Shown in pieces: positions 39,715 to 48,633 of a stretch of DNA of 64,000 bases; within the stretch, counting starts at the first letter, position 1; every line of letters starts with the position of its first letter. The translations under genes were made by a program, and so were the position numbers. This DNA comes from a virus: IMG/VR virus record IMGVR_UViG_3300032087_006189; one strand, written 5' to 3'. The notes below the pieces were generated by a model, which was not told where the DNA came from, did no database searches, and saw only the letters and a list, made by a program, of their open reading frames with translations.

Positions 39715-40241
39715 GGCATCGCTCCGCTGGCTACGGTCACATAGGCGCCCTTTCTACGGTCGCCGAACTTCTTGGTCACTCCCTCTCCAGGGTCATCTCG
39801 ATTGCCCCGAGAAAAGGGGAGTTGAACTCTTTTGATCACTCGAACACCCTCAGAGGTCTGAACCTTATGCGCTCCGAGGATTCGGCTATTTTGGGTCTTT
39901 TCCGTCTTGGGATCTTCGACCTTCTCCAGTTTGACTGGAATCTCCGTCTGCACAGTTGAGTGCAAGATCGGCCCAAGGTCAGCCGCTGCGGACTCGATGT
40001 CTCCCCAGATCAAGAAGACCCACATGAACGAAGGGTTGCCCTCGACCAGCAGGTATTCCTTGCGGATCGAGATGACATACTCTTCCTCGTCCTCTGCAAA
40101 CTGCAGGAGGTCAACAAGGATTGATCCCCACGCCTTTTGATCCAGAACTCTGAGCTGGATCTTATGAGTGATTCCTTCTTCGTCGGTCTGTTCGTCAATC
40201 AGCTCGATATATTTCGAGCGTTTAATGTAGGACTTGAACAT
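39711..40241 (-). CDS. Hypothetical protein
   Basis: 176-aa coupled ORF. Confidence 0.65.
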   Translation of the reverse strand: MFKSYIKRSKYIELIDEQTDEEGITHKIQLRVLDQKAWGSILVDLLQFAEDEEEYVISIRKEYLLVEGNPSFMWVFLIWGDIESAAADLGPILHSTVQTEIPVKLEKVEDPKTEKTQNSRILGAHKVQTSEGVRVIKRVQLPFSRGNRDDPGEGVTKKFGDRRKGAYVTVASGAMP

Positions 40242-40244
40242 GGA

Positions 40245-40598
40245 TTACCATCCGGTAAGGGCCTCGGTCACGAGGGAATACAGCTGAGGGAGTACTGATT
40301 CTCCGTCTTCATGGGATGCAGACTTTTCATGCGGCAGCTCTTGCCACACGAGATGCTTGCAGGGACGGCCGCCAGCAAGGCTATCCAAAGAAACTCCTTC
40401 TGGCTCACCCGCCTCTCGGGGGTATGCGCAGCAGATGTTTTCTTGGCAGACCTCTGGCTGACAGGTGCCTGTCCTCTCAGATCCCAGAAAGGAGTAGGTA
40501 CAGCCAGAAGGGACGAAGTCGGTCACCTTCGGGTAGTCTTGGCAAAACTGGGGGCGAGTCGCGTAGATTCCACATCTTCCAACACAGGCCATGATCAA
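40245..40598 (-). CDS. Cys-cluster protein (YkgJ-like motif)
   Basis: CGIYATRPQFCQDYP. Confidence 0.55.
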   Translation of the reverse strand: MIMACVGRCGIYATRPQFCQDYPKVTDFVPSGCTYSFLGSERTGTCQPEVCQENICCAYPREAGEPEGVSLDSLAGGRPCKHLVWQELPHEKSASHEDGESVLPQLYSLVTEALTGW

Positions 40599-41116
40599 GT
40601 CCTCCGTACTTCGCAGGCAATAGCCTTCTCGAAATCACGGACCATCGTACCCGTAGTACTTCCACAGAAGAAGACGAAGTTCTCTGGTGCGTCGGGATCT
40701 TCGTAGACGGGAATTCCGAAGACGGCAGCCACATCGACCTGCGGAACCCATGCCGAGAGAATCTCGGTGTTTGGTACCACAACGCCTACGGGATCTGCCC
40801 CTTCTCGAAGTCGGGCCAAGATCCTGCACACCTGCAGCAGCGGGTCATCGTTGATCTCGTCAAAGATCTCAAGCTCACAGTGCTGACGCACAACCTGGTA
40901 CGGAGTGACCAGACCACTCTCGAGACCCAGCTCTTCCGTATCGACAAGTCTGGGAACTTCTACCTGAAGGTCTTCGCCCTTCTGATACAAGATTCGAGTC
41001 GGCTTGTCCTTGCGCGAAAACAACGCCTCAATGGAGCTAAGCAACGCAGACAGCGTCTTGCGCTCCAAAGGGACGGTCTCCGCCACAACGACCTTACGAC
41101 GAGGCTTGAGTTCCAC
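40595..41116 (-). CDS. Hypothetical protein
   Basis: 173-aa coupled ORF. Confidence 0.6.
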   Translation of the reverse strand: MELKPRRKVVVAETVPLERKTLSALLSSIEALFSRKDKPTRILYQKGEDLQVEVPRLVDTEELGLESGLVTPYQVVRQHCELEIFDEINDDPLLQVCRILARLREGADPVGVVVPNTEILSAWVPQVDVAAVFGIPVYEDPDAPENFVFFCGSTTGTMVRDFEKAIACEVRRT

Positions 41117-41254
41117 TGCTCTTCTCCCGTCGCTTCAGCCACTCAATGAAGTCCCGGATCATCTGACTGATGGAGAGTCCGTTCTTGTCTGCGTATTCGT
41201 GCAGGAAGTGATGATCGTCTTCGGTCAGCCGAACCTGCAGCCGTTTGTCCTTGC

Positions 41255-41602
41255 TCATGGCTCTACCCGATACTCGCCGTTGATTCCGATGGTGCAGGGC
41301 TTCTCGACCACCGCCAGAATATCATCGACATTTAGCAAGAAAAACTCACAGTCTCTCTTGCTGCCGAGGTAGTGTCCGACTTGGTTCGCGAAGCGCAGAA
41401 AGCCGCGGTAAATGACCTTGTCACCGGGCTTTGTGTCCAACGGCATCCCGCACTTTGGGACGATAGCAACAATCTCAGCGACCCCCTCTGACTGAACATT
41501 CGTGTCGATTTGCGACGCGATGAACAAGCCAGAAGCAGTCTGAGCGGAGTGAGGCGCAGCCATACACAGCGCCCATCCTGGCATGGGGATCAACTTCATC
41601 AC
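41255..41602 (-). CDS. groES: GroES-like co-chaperonin
   Basis: KLIP...TASGLFI...AEIVAI...KPGDKVIY...LLNVDDILAVVE. Confidence 0.8.
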   Translation of the reverse strand: MMKLIPMPGWALCMAAPHSAQTASGLFIASQIDTNVQSEGVAEIVAIVPKCGMPLDTKPGDKVIYRGFLRFANQVGHYLGSKRDCEFFLLNVDDILAVVEKPCTIGINGEYRVEP

Positions 41603-41964
41603 TACGCCTGTGCGAACTGGGGAAGGTCGGTGTCAGCGTCGCTAGGGACATGACTGGCACCTGCTTCTGCGGCAACGGCCTCAGTCTTCTTGGTGCCGTC
41701 CGAGTAGAACTGGCGATCAAGGGGGAGTTCCTTGATCTGCTCCACAAGCCAGTCGGGGGCCTTCTTTCGACGTGCGTTGTCGAAGAGACCGTCCATGGTA
41801 TCGGACCAGTACATGTCCGGTCCACAAACCCAGACGATGATGGCTCTGACCTGTCCGTTCTTGTCGGCAACCTGAACCTGCATCATCTGTGCATCAGCGG
41901 TTGCGATCACCTGACGGCGAGCTGTCGGGTGATACTGCGTCTTCTTGATTCCCTTCGGTGGCAT
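41602..41964 (-). CDS. Hypothetical protein
   Basis: 120-aa coupled ORF. Confidence 0.6.
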   Translation of the reverse strand: MPPKGIKKTQYHPTARRQVIATADAQMMQVQVADKNGQVRAIIVWVCGPDMYWSDTMDGLFDNARRKKAPDWLVEQIKELPLDRQFYSDGTKKTEAVAAEAGASHVPSDADTDLPQFAQA

Positions 41965-42214
41965 CGGTATTTCTCACAGGTACGAGGGTTGAGATTCCAG
42001 GGACGATGGTGACGGGCAGCTTGCACCCGCACTTGTAGATAGGTGCCTCAGACTCAAAGTCCGAGACAATCGAAATGCGTTCCGCACAGACAGGGCATGC
42101 GTCCCCAGTGATGCCGCTGATGTGAGGAAGGTCTTCGATCATCATGCCCTTGTCCATCAGGGCGCGAATGATCAAATCGAGCTTGAACTCGAGTCGGACA
42201 AGGGAGTCTTTCAC
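41894..42214 (-). CDS. Hypothetical zinc-ribbon protein
   Basis: CPVC...CGC; coupled to the upstream gene. Confidence 0.5.
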   Translation of the reverse strand: MKDSLVRLEFKLDLIIRALMDKGMMIEDLPHISGITGDACPVCAERISIVSDFESEAPIYKCGCKLPVTIVPGISTLVPVRNTDATEGNQEDAVSPDSSPSGDRNR

Positions 42215-42525
42215 AGGTCACCGTCGTCAAACTCATTGGCGAACGAGAACTGACTGAACTCCGGAGCTTGCGACGCCATGCCGTGATTGCCTTCGACAAT
42301 CAAGGGGGAGTCGAGATCGTCTCCATACGCAGGCTCATCCTCTTCCTCAGGCTCGTATGCCTGCTCTTGCGGCTCGGGAGCCCCGAACTGCTGGATCAAG
42401 ATGCCTGCCTGCTCTTCGGTCACAGGAAATCGAAACTCGCCAATTGGCCCCTGTGCGAGGACAAAAAGTCCTCGGTCTGAGCCGTCGAAGGGGTGTACGT
42501 CCATGAGCCCCTTGAGAATGATCAT
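42211..42525 (-). CDS. Acidic hypothetical protein
   Basis: 104-aa coupled ORF. Confidence 0.6.
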   Translation of the reverse strand: MIILKGLMDVHPFDGSDRGLFVLAQGPIGEFRFPVTEEQAGILIQQFGAPEPQEQAYEPEEEDEPAYGDDLDSPLIVEGNHGMASQAPEFSQFSFANEFDDGDL

Positions 42526-42899
42526 TGCTTTCTCCGAACTGTTTTGAGTCGGCCTTTCGATCCACCAGGGGCTCCAGAACCCATGGTTCCCTCTGCAGGG
42601 CGGAACTTGACCATTTGCATTTTCTTGAGATCGTCCAGTCGATCGTGCATCGACTTCTTCTCTTTCTCGACTGCAGCCTTGTTGACGATGTTCTGGTAGT
42701 CCTTGAACGCTTCAGTAGCCGAGTCTCCGCCGAGTGCTGCCTGAGCAACTGCTCGAGTTTCCGCGACCTTCATCGATGTCCGACTTTTCCAGATCAAAAG
42801 GTGGGCTGCTTCCGCAAGTGTCCCGAATCGAGGCAGGGGGCCTTTGTCGTAGAGGACATTTGCCCGTGCCCACCCCATCGGGGTGTTCAGCCATTTCCC
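42522..42899 (-). CDS. Tail assembly chaperone frameshift extension (lambda gpT-like)
   Basis: The -1 frame is open from the slippery G GGA AAT at 42899-42893 and reads GKWLNTPMGWARANV.... Confidence 0.65.
   Translation of the reverse strand, partial: GKWLNTPMGWARANVLYDKGPLPRFGTLAEAAHLLIWKSRTSMKVAETRAVAQAALGGDSATEAFKDYQNIVNKAAVEKEKKSMHDRLDDLKKMQMVKFRPAEGTMGSGAPGGSKGRLKTVRRKQ
42871..42899 (-). promoter_or_regulatory. Programmed -1 ribosomal frameshift signal
   Basis: In-frame heptamer GGGAAAT, a 7-nt spacer, then hairpin CACCCC-GAT-GGGGTG. Confidence 0.7.
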
Positions 42900-43663
42900 A
42901 GGACTTCGAGAGTCAGCCCCTTCGTCACGCGCTCAAGGAACCAGACAAGGTTCTGCGTGATCAGCTGAAAGACTGGGGAAGAGAGCTTTCGGACATGGGC
43001 CTTGCGCTTTTCGAGTGCTGCCTCGTTGATCTCCCCGTTCACCATCGTAGCCGGCCACTTGTGGCCGTTGACCGCAACGATGTGGAAAGCGAGTGCCCAC
43101 TCGTTTGAGTGCCGAAGGAAGACGCGCGCCGTGGCATCTCGATTCTTTGAGAGCTGGGCATCGACATAGGCCTCTTCCATGTCGGTCACAGACCGGAAGG
43201 TGACCTCGAGCTTGCCGGGAATGATAGGAACGAGCTGAGTGACCTCTCCGTTGATGAGGTACTCACCGATGTCAATGGCCTGTGTGATGCGCTTTGACAC
43301 CGCGCGCCTAATCTGCTCCTGCTCATCCAGCTCCTCTTCTACCTCGGCCTTTGCCTCAGCCTTTGGAGCAGGCATTGCGTCCAGCACATCTTCTGATGGC
43401 GGAGGCGCAGCGCTTGCAGTTGCCTCAGCCACAGCCTGTAGTCCGGCGGCAGTAGAACTTGAGATCTGAGTCTGCTCAGGCTGACGGCTTTCCCACGAGC
43501 GCTGGGTGTTCTCGAAGTGAGGAGTGTTCTCCAGATCTCCGGGACGGTCTGGGACGCGCTTGGCCTTGGCCCGAGCGATGATGTCCTGGTACTTCTGTGA
43601 CTTTCCGCTTGGGGCGTCGTGGAAAGATACCGAGGGTCCGGGGTTTGTCTGCTTGCGAGGCAT
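42887..43663 (-). CDS. Tail assembly chaperone (lambda gpG-like)
   Basis: Contains KLEVTFRSVTDMEE... and ends with a slippery heptamer immediately before the stop. Confidence 0.65.
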   Translation of the reverse strand: MPRKQTNPGPSVSFHDAPSGKSQKYQDIIARAKAKRVPDRPGDLENTPHFENTQRSWESRQPEQTQISSSTAAGLQAVAEATASAAPPPSEDVLDAMPAPKAEAKAEVEEELDEQEQIRRAVSKRITQAIDIGEYLINGEVTQLVPIIPGKLEVTFRSVTDMEEAYVDAQLSKNRDATARVFLRHSNEWALAFHIVAVNGHKWPATMVNGEINEAALEKRKAHVRKLSSPVFQLITQNLVWFLERVTKGLTLEVLGNG

Positions 43664-44103
43664 CAGGAGTCCTTCTTTTTGAGAGCTGCGTAGCTTCGTG
43701 CCTTCCTACGGCTCGTAGGGGCATGTTTTTCTGTCGAAATCGGAGGAGTGGCCAAGCCCTTGTAGTAGGCGCCGCCTGCTCCCTGTGAATGACCTACGCC
43801 AGCACCCTTCTGCATCCACACAGAGGAGCGTGACCCTCCGTAGGTTTTCATTCCGCACCCAGTACAGCGTTTGACAGCGGGGCCGGACAATGGGCGACGA
43901 ATCGTAAAGTCTGTGCCGCCACATTTTGCGCAGCACTGCTTTGCCGGGGCTGGAGGCTTGAATCCTCCGATCACCTCGATGATGTCGTCAGCCGCCGTCT
44001 TCATCAGCTTCGGCTTCACGACGGTATCTTGGACTTCCTTGTGGAAATCCTCTACCTTCTTCTCCTGCCGGAGAAACTCTTCGAGTGGGTCGTCTGCGTC
44101 CAT
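43663..44103 (-). CDS. Zinc-ribbon protein
   Basis: CAKCGG...CTGCG; contains MKTAA. Confidence 0.6.
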   Translation of the reverse strand: MDADDPLEEFLRQEKKVEDFHKEVQDTVVKPKLMKTAADDIIEVIGGFKPPAPAKQCCAKCGGTDFTIRRPLSGPAVKRCTGCGMKTYGGSRSSVWMQKGAGVGHSQGAGGAYYKGLATPPISTEKHAPTSRRKARSYAALKKKDS

Positions 44104-44134
44104 GCCTCGGGTGTACTCACATCTGTCAGTACAG

Positions 44135-44812
44135 TCAAGTCATTTTCGCCACTACAGTCACATCCAGCTTGACAGGCGCCGCGTAAGATCCTGTTGGTCC
44201 GTACTCTCGACTTTCTGTCGCTTGGATTCTGATGACTACCTCTGGATAATTATCTGGGTTGTTTACAGTGAACTCCAGCATACCGGGAGCTGCCCCTAAT
44301 GAAATTGCACTGATGGTGGCAGTTCCCGCGACCACGTCAATGGCCACACCAGTCAATGTCCCGGAGATCTGCTCATTTCCTGGATACCGGACATAAGTAG
44401 TAAAGCGCCTCTGGCTACTTGAAAGGTCTACGGCCTGCTGCCACCAGCGAGTGTTCTGCGAAGACGAATACCCCGGACCAGCAGAGAAGAAGCTACCCGG
44501 AACAAAGGTGCCGTCCGGCTGCTCCACCATCGTGATCAACTGCAGTTTCCGTCTTCGATGGCCCATCTGGAATGAGTCCTTCAGAGAAGTCGGAGGTGAA
44601 GAGTAGTCATCCTTCCAGACCTTCCAAGCTCTGAGCGAGTTGGTCAAAGACGCCAGAAGTGGAAGCGCTCCATCTGCTGCTGGCTCAGGCTTCCCGAGGC
44701 GCGCAGATCGCAGCACAGCCCTCTTTGATACTGGAACTTCTGGCACAGAAGAAAATGCAGAAGCCACGGTTTGTTCAATCAATTCACCGGGTTCTGTGAG
44801 GTGACTGCTCAT
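44135..44812 (-). CDS. Hypothetical, possibly structural, protein
   Basis: 225-aa ORF. Confidence 0.6.
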   Translation of the reverse strand: MSSHLTEPGELIEQTVASAFSSVPEVPVSKRAVLRSARLGKPEPAADGALPLLASLTNSLRAWKVWKDDYSSPPTSLKDSFQMGHRRRKLQLITMVEQPDGTFVPGSFFSAGPGYSSSQNTRWWQQAVDLSSSQRRFTTYVRYPGNEQISGTLTGVAIDVVAGTATISAISLGAAPGMLEFTVNNPDNYPEVVIRIQATESREYGPTGSYAAPVKLDVTVVAKMT

Positions 44813-45066
44813 TTTTTCTGGCTCCTGATCAAGGTCTTAACGAGGCTAATTAGCCCCATAGGATCGCCATCGTGAGATGCCGACTGCACCGGGCGCACGC
44901 TTTCTCCTGCCTTCAGAATGTGGGTGAGTGGCACCCTCTTCCATTCTCCGGACGAAAGAACCTCGGCTCCCCTTGTCGACAAAGTGCCGATTGACTGCGT
45001 TCTACGAGCATAAGCAGCGACCGTTTCACCGGGAATAGGACTTTTTTTCTTCTGCGATACTTGCAT
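44809..45066 (-). CDS. Hypothetical protein
   Basis: 85 aa, coupled to the downstream gene. Confidence 0.5.
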   Translation of the reverse strand: MQVSQKKKSPIPGETVAAYARRTQSIGTLSTRGAEVLSSGEWKRVPLTHILKAGESVRPVQSASHDGDPMGLISLVKTLIRSQKK

Positions 45067-45133
45067 GTAGTCCGTCCTTACTTATACTCATTTTGAGCCG
45101 CCAAGAAGCGGTCAGATACAACAGGAGAGTACC

Positions 45134-45460
45134 ATGCCTCGTGGACGCGTGGGAGCGCTTAGCCGCTCTACCTATTTCCCCGGAACTGGGGACCAGCTGG
45201 AAGATCCCCGTGACGCAGTTGTCTGGGAGTGTGTTCGCAGTAACACCTTCAAGGAAGGCGACACGGTTGTGAAGTACGGCCTACTTCGCGGAAAGAGCGC
45301 CGACTGCGAAACGGAGCTGTGGGAGCCGATCACTTCTCTGAAGAAGGACTGGCTCTACGGAATTCAGACCATCCGTCGCCGTCTCTCTGGAGAAGACGAT
45401 CCAGACTTTCGCGAATACGGATGGTCAGACGAGACCGGGACTTGGCGGCAGATCCGCTAG
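45134..45460 (+). CDS. Hypothetical protein
   Basis: AGGAG SD; 108 aa. Confidence 0.6.
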   Translation: MPRGRVGALSRSTYFPGTGDQLEDPRDAVVWECVRSNTFKEGDTVVKYGLLRGKSADCETELWEPITSLKKDWLYGIQTIRRRLSGEDDPDFREYGWSDETGTWRQIR

Positions 45461-45690
45461 ATCATCCGGAAAAGTCTTCCAAGCCACAGGTACGCTCGGC
45501 CAATCAGAGAAATCGTAACGATGTCCTCTGGGTTCTTGTCAGACCGAGTTCTGAGCCTGGATAGATCTGACTCCGTAAGCAGCAAGGTTTCATACCTGCC
45601 GAATTCGTTATAGATGCAGATCGCATTGTAAGTAGTTGCAGCCGAGGGCTTCGACTCTTTGTTGAAAGCAATCATGATGCGGCCAAACAT
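45457..45690 (-). CDS. Hypothetical protein
   Basis: AGGAGG SD; 77 aa. Confidence 0.6.
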   Translation of the reverse strand: MFGRIMIAFNKESKPSAATTYNAICIYNEFGRYETLLLTESDLSRLRTRSDKNPEDIVTISLIGRAYLWLGRLFRMI

Positions 45691-45720
45691 GGGACCTCCT
45701 TTTGGTCACTATAACGCAAG

Positions 45721-46002
45721 GTGTCGAAATGTGGGACCTGTCAACACTTCGGAAGATCAATGCTGGCTGGGAAGACCATCTCAGAAAAAAGTCTGAGAAA
45801 ACTCGGCATAAGGAAGACGCAGAAAGTCTTAACGAGCGAACCGGACTACGCAGAGATCAGTCTGAAGTGGTACCGCAAGTTCGAGGAGACCGGAAGCAAT
45901 GACGCCTTGATGATGTCAAGGCACTACACAACCGTGGCCCGAGAATTGGGCCAAATCGAGGATGATCCCGAGACCACCCTCGAATTTCTGTTGGAGAACT
46001 GA
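45721..46002 (+). CDS. Hypothetical protein (start uncertain)
   Basis: Ends 1 nt before the next start codon. Confidence 0.45.
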   Translation: MSKCGTCQHFGRSMLAGKTISEKSLRKLGIRKTQKVLTSEPDYAEISLKWYRKFEETGSNDALMMSRHYTTVARELGQIEDDPETTLEFLLEN

Positions 46003-46003
46003 G

Positions 46004-46192
46004 ATGGCATTCACAGATACCCTGTCTGAAGTAGAAGATGCGATCAACGAGATGATGAAGGACGCAGAGACTGCGGCCTCCGAAGAGCGCGGCTGGAAGT
46101 CCGCACACAAGCGTCTGCGCAAGGCCAGCAGTGCCCTGTCCAAGCTGCTTCCCCAGCTGCGCAAGGACAGCATCGAGGCAGAGCGCTCGTAA
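46004..46192 (+). CDS. Histone H1-like (Hc1-type) small DNA-binding protein
   Basis: GWKSAHKRLRKASSALSKLLPQLRKDS resembles the Hc1 'GNKAAGTRARK' motif. Confidence 0.55.
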   Translation: MAFTDTLSEVEDAINEMMKDAETAASEERGWKSAHKRLRKASSALSKLLPQLRKDSIEAERS

Positions 46193-46193
46193 G

Positions 46194-46625
46194 ATGAACG
46201 CTCCGGTACAGCGGTACAGGCCGTGGTGTCCAAAGTGCGGGTCAAAGGCTCTGTCGATTGAACACGATCCTCGAGCCCGCGTAACCATCGTCTCCTGCTA
46301 CATCTGTGGGTGGACGGCATATGGAGACGAGGCCATTCAGGCCCTCGTTACAGAGCAGATGGGCACAGTTGCAAAGCAGAACGAGAAGGTTCGAGAGATG
46401 CTCAAGAAGCAGCCTCCCGTGACCAAAGAGGTGCCAGCCGTTGTTGATGCGCCCCTCGAAGAAGCTGTACCGGGGCACCCCACTTGTTCTTGGGAAGGCT
46501 GCACAAGACCCGTGCGGCTTTCCCGGGGCAAGCTCACCAAGTATTGCTCCCGTAAGTGCTGCGTGAAAAATGCACACGCTCGCGACAAGGCACGAAGGGC
46601 AGCAAAGGCAAAGACCGATGGCTGA
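46194..46625 (+). CDS. Double zinc-finger protein
   Basis: CPKC..CYIC and CSWEGC..YCSRKC. Confidence 0.65.
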   Translation: MNAPVQRYRPWCPKCGSKALSIEHDPRARVTIVSCYICGWTAYGDEAIQALVTEQMGTVAKQNEKVREMLKKQPPVTKEVPAVVDAPLEEAVPGHPTCSWEGCTRPVRLSRGKLTKYCSRKCCVKNAHARDKARRAAKAKTDG

Positions 46626-46830
46626 TCAGATTGAAGTTCGACTTTTTGCGAAGGTCGACAAAAATGGCGACGAGTACTTTATTGGTAGCTCGGACGCACC
46701 TGCGCAGATCAACCTTCAAGACGCGACTTTTGTGTTCTTCCTCCCTCCCGAGGGAGAAACGATTGGCGCTCTGAAGATTCGACCCAGAACCCCTCGAAGG
46801 TTCGGTCAAGATGGTGACGGGCCGTCTTAG
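46618..46830 (+). CDS. Hypothetical protein
   Basis: 70 aa; its stop codon falls inside the 5' end of tRNA-Thr. Confidence 0.55.
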   Translation: MADQIEVRLFAKVDKNGDEYFIGSSDAPAQINLQDATFVFFLPPEGETIGALKIRPRTPRRFGQDGDGPS

Positions 46831-46896
46831 CTCAGTTGGTAGAGCATCGGTTTTGTAAACCGACGGTCGACGGTTCAAGTCCGTCAGGCGGCTCCA
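46821..46896 (+). tRNA. trnT: tRNA-Thr(UGU)
   Basis: Cloverleaf; anticodon loop tt-tgt-aa; GGTTCAA T-loop; CCA encoded. Confidence 0.92.
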
Positions 46897-46981
46897 GGAA
46901 GCGTGGCCGAGTGGTTTAAGGCACCGGTCTTGAAAACCGGCGAAGGGAAACCTTCCGTGAGTTCGAATCTCACCGCTTCCG
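46897..46981 (+). tRNA. trnS: tRNA-Ser(UGA)
   Basis: Long variable arm; anticodon loop ct-tga-aa; GTTCGAATC. Confidence 0.92.
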
Positions 46982-46988
46982 CCCTCCA

Positions 46989-47063
46989 TGGGGCGTGGTG
47001 TAATTGGCAACACATCGGTTTTTGGCACCGACGTTCGGGGTTCGAGTCCCTGCGCCCCAGCCA
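46989..47063 (+). tRNA. trnQ: tRNA-Gln(UUG)
   Basis: U1-A72 acceptor stem tggggcg/cgcccca; anticodon ttg; CCA encoded. Confidence 0.9.
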
Positions 47064-47141
47064 AGAGATACGCCTTGCTCTTGGCCTACTGCTCCATGCT
47101 ACCCCCCTTCAAACCTATGGGGCAGTAGGCCAAGGCTTTGC

Positions 47142-47215
47142 AGGCCCGTAGCTCAGTCGGTCAGAGCACCCGGCTCATAACCGGAGGGTCGTCGGTTCGA
47201 GCCCGACCGGGCCTA
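47142..47215 (+). tRNA. tRNA with a CAU anticodon (Ile2-like or elongator Met)
   Basis: Anticodon arm cggctcataaccg resembles Ile2; lacks initiator features. Confidence 0.85.
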
Positions 47216-47231
47216 CTCTTTTGGAGAGAGA

Positions 47232-47378
47232 ATGTACCAAGTAACTGTAGGAAATAAGGTCTTCTTTTCAGAAGACTACGATTGGAGCCTGCCGAAGACG
47301 CTGGCAGCAGCACGAGAATGGGCGGCAAAGAACGCGCCCCAGCAAGAGGTCAAGGTTGGCTTGATCTCCTTCTTGTAG
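47232..47378 (+). CDS. Small hypothetical protein (48 aa) inside the tRNA cluster
   Basis: GGAG SD; MYQVTVGNKVFFSEDYDWSLPKTLAAAREWAAKNAP.... Confidence 0.5.
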   Translation: MYQVTVGNKVFFSEDYDWSLPKTLAAAREWAAKNAPQQEVKVGLISFL

Positions 47379-47384
47379 TGACCT

Positions 47385-47461
47385 GCCTCGATAGCTCAGT
47401 TGGATAGAGCACCGGCCTTCTAAGCCGATGGTCCCAGGTTCGAATCCTGGTCGAGGCGCCA
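47385..47461 (+). tRNA. trnR: tRNA-Arg(UCU)
   Basis: Cloverleaf; anticodon loop ct-tct-aa; CCA encoded. Confidence 0.92.
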
Positions 47462-47492
47462 CTACTGAATACTTCACCAATAGAGAGATACG

Positions 47493-48086
47493 ATGCATAG
47501 TGTCCATGAACTTATGAATGAACTTCGTCGAGCACAGGCTGCGGCAGCGGAATACGCAAACAAGGTTGCAGACCTCAACACTGTGATCGCGAACATTACC
47601 GAAGAGCTCGAAAAGTACCCCACACTGTCTGATCGCGTGGCAGTGGAAATCAGCGACGACATGGTCACCTTCTTGACCTCCGAAGAAATGTTCTCCCTCA
47701 CTCGAGACGAGATTCAGATCTTGGTCGAGCTGCTCGGCGGTGCAGAGGAGTCGGAACAGGCGGATGAGGCCGAAGTTCCAGATCCTCCGAGTGACTCCTC
47801 TCGCGCCCCTTCCTTCAGCAACAAGGAAGACACTCACGCGTTTGTCGACCATCTGGAAGCAGTGGCGATCGAGAAGATGAGTGGCTCAGTGGGCTGGTAC
47901 TACCGAGTTCTCGATGCCGACACTCGGAGAAAGACCTTCTCAACACAGAAAACCTGGCAGCTTCGCCAGTTTCTGCGACGGAAGGCCCAGCTGAAGAACG
48001 CACAGAAGCTCGTTGTGCAGATTGTGCAGACTCATCCAAACAGGCCGCTTATGGCACGCACAGGCGTGTTCGGCGTGAACGCGTAA
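47493..48086 (+). CDS. Hypothetical protein
   Basis: 197 aa with an N-terminal coiled coil. Confidence 0.6.
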   Translation: MHSVHELMNELRRAQAAAAEYANKVADLNTVIANITEELEKYPTLSDRVAVEISDDMVTFLTSEEMFSLTRDEIQILVELLGGAEESEQADEAEVPDPPSDSSRAPSFSNKEDTHAFVDHLEAVAIEKMSGSVGWYYRVLDADTRRKTFSTQKTWQLRQFLRRKAQLKNAQKLVVQIVQTHPNRPLMARTGVFGVNA

Positions 48087-48092
48087 AGAAAG

Positions 48093-48122
48093 GCAGGGAC
48101 CCGGCGTTTGCCGGGTCCCTGC
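48093..48122. terminator. Perfect 13-bp hairpin, terminator-like
   Basis: gcagggacccggc-gttt-gccgggtccctgc. Confidence 0.6.
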
Positions 48123-48157
48123 ACAACCACACAACACATTAGCCCAGAGAGGTAGCA

Positions 48158-48388
48158 ATGAGCACGGAACCCGAAGGACCTACCCTTACAATAACAGGAA
48201 AGGACGCGGCAGTCATCTTCCGCGAAGATGGACAGCTTGAGGTCTACCTGCCCAAAGTATCGGAGGGATCGCAAGTCCCTCCCGGATCTCTGATGGTTCT
48301 CTGCGTACAGGAGCTAGTGAAAGATGACCAGCTCATCAAAGCCCTGACCGAGAAGCTCGTAGAGCAGAGCATCGTAAAGATGGGCTAG
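48158..48388 (+). CDS. Hypothetical protein
   Basis: GAGG SD; 76 aa. Confidence 0.55.
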   Translation: MSTEPEGPTLTITGKDAAVIFREDGQLEVYLPKVSEGSQVPPGSLMVLCVQELVKDDQLIKALTEKLVEQSIVKMG

Positions 48389-48633
48389 GCTTCGCCTATT
48401 TCCTGTGAAAAGAACAGTCCGCTATGAAAAGCTCGGGGATCGTTGAGTTCCTCGAGCTTTTCCATTGTGAAGTTCATCAGCACCATGATGACCTCGAGGA
48501 GATCGGGGTCGTTGATCACGACCACAGCAGACTCCCCATCCTTTGACGCGTAAAAAGTGGCGCCGTCATCTTCGTGGTGCTGGCTCAGCAGCTGAACTGC
48601 CTCTGTTGTGGCTTTGGTGGGCTTTGCCATCAA
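48385..48633 (-). CDS. Hypothetical protein
   Basis: 82 aa; coupled. Confidence 0.5.
   Translation of the reverse strand: MMAKPTKATTEAVQLLSQHHEDDGATFYASKDGESAVVVINDPDLLEVIMVLMNFTMEKLEELNDPRAFHSGLFFSQEIGEA

Noticed and set aside
47103-47110. Complementarity between the inter-tRNA hairpin loop (ccccccttc) and the ncRNA terminator arm (gaagggggg)
   Set aside because: The match is short and low-complexity, and the target is already paired in the terminator stem, so it is probably chance.
46821-47461. Prophage attachment site at the tRNAs
   Set aside because: No integrase, no duplicated tRNA 3' end, and phage-type genes continue on both sides.
46534-47852. ORFs spanning the tRNA cluster
   Set aside because: They are translations of tRNA sequence or antisense to real genes.
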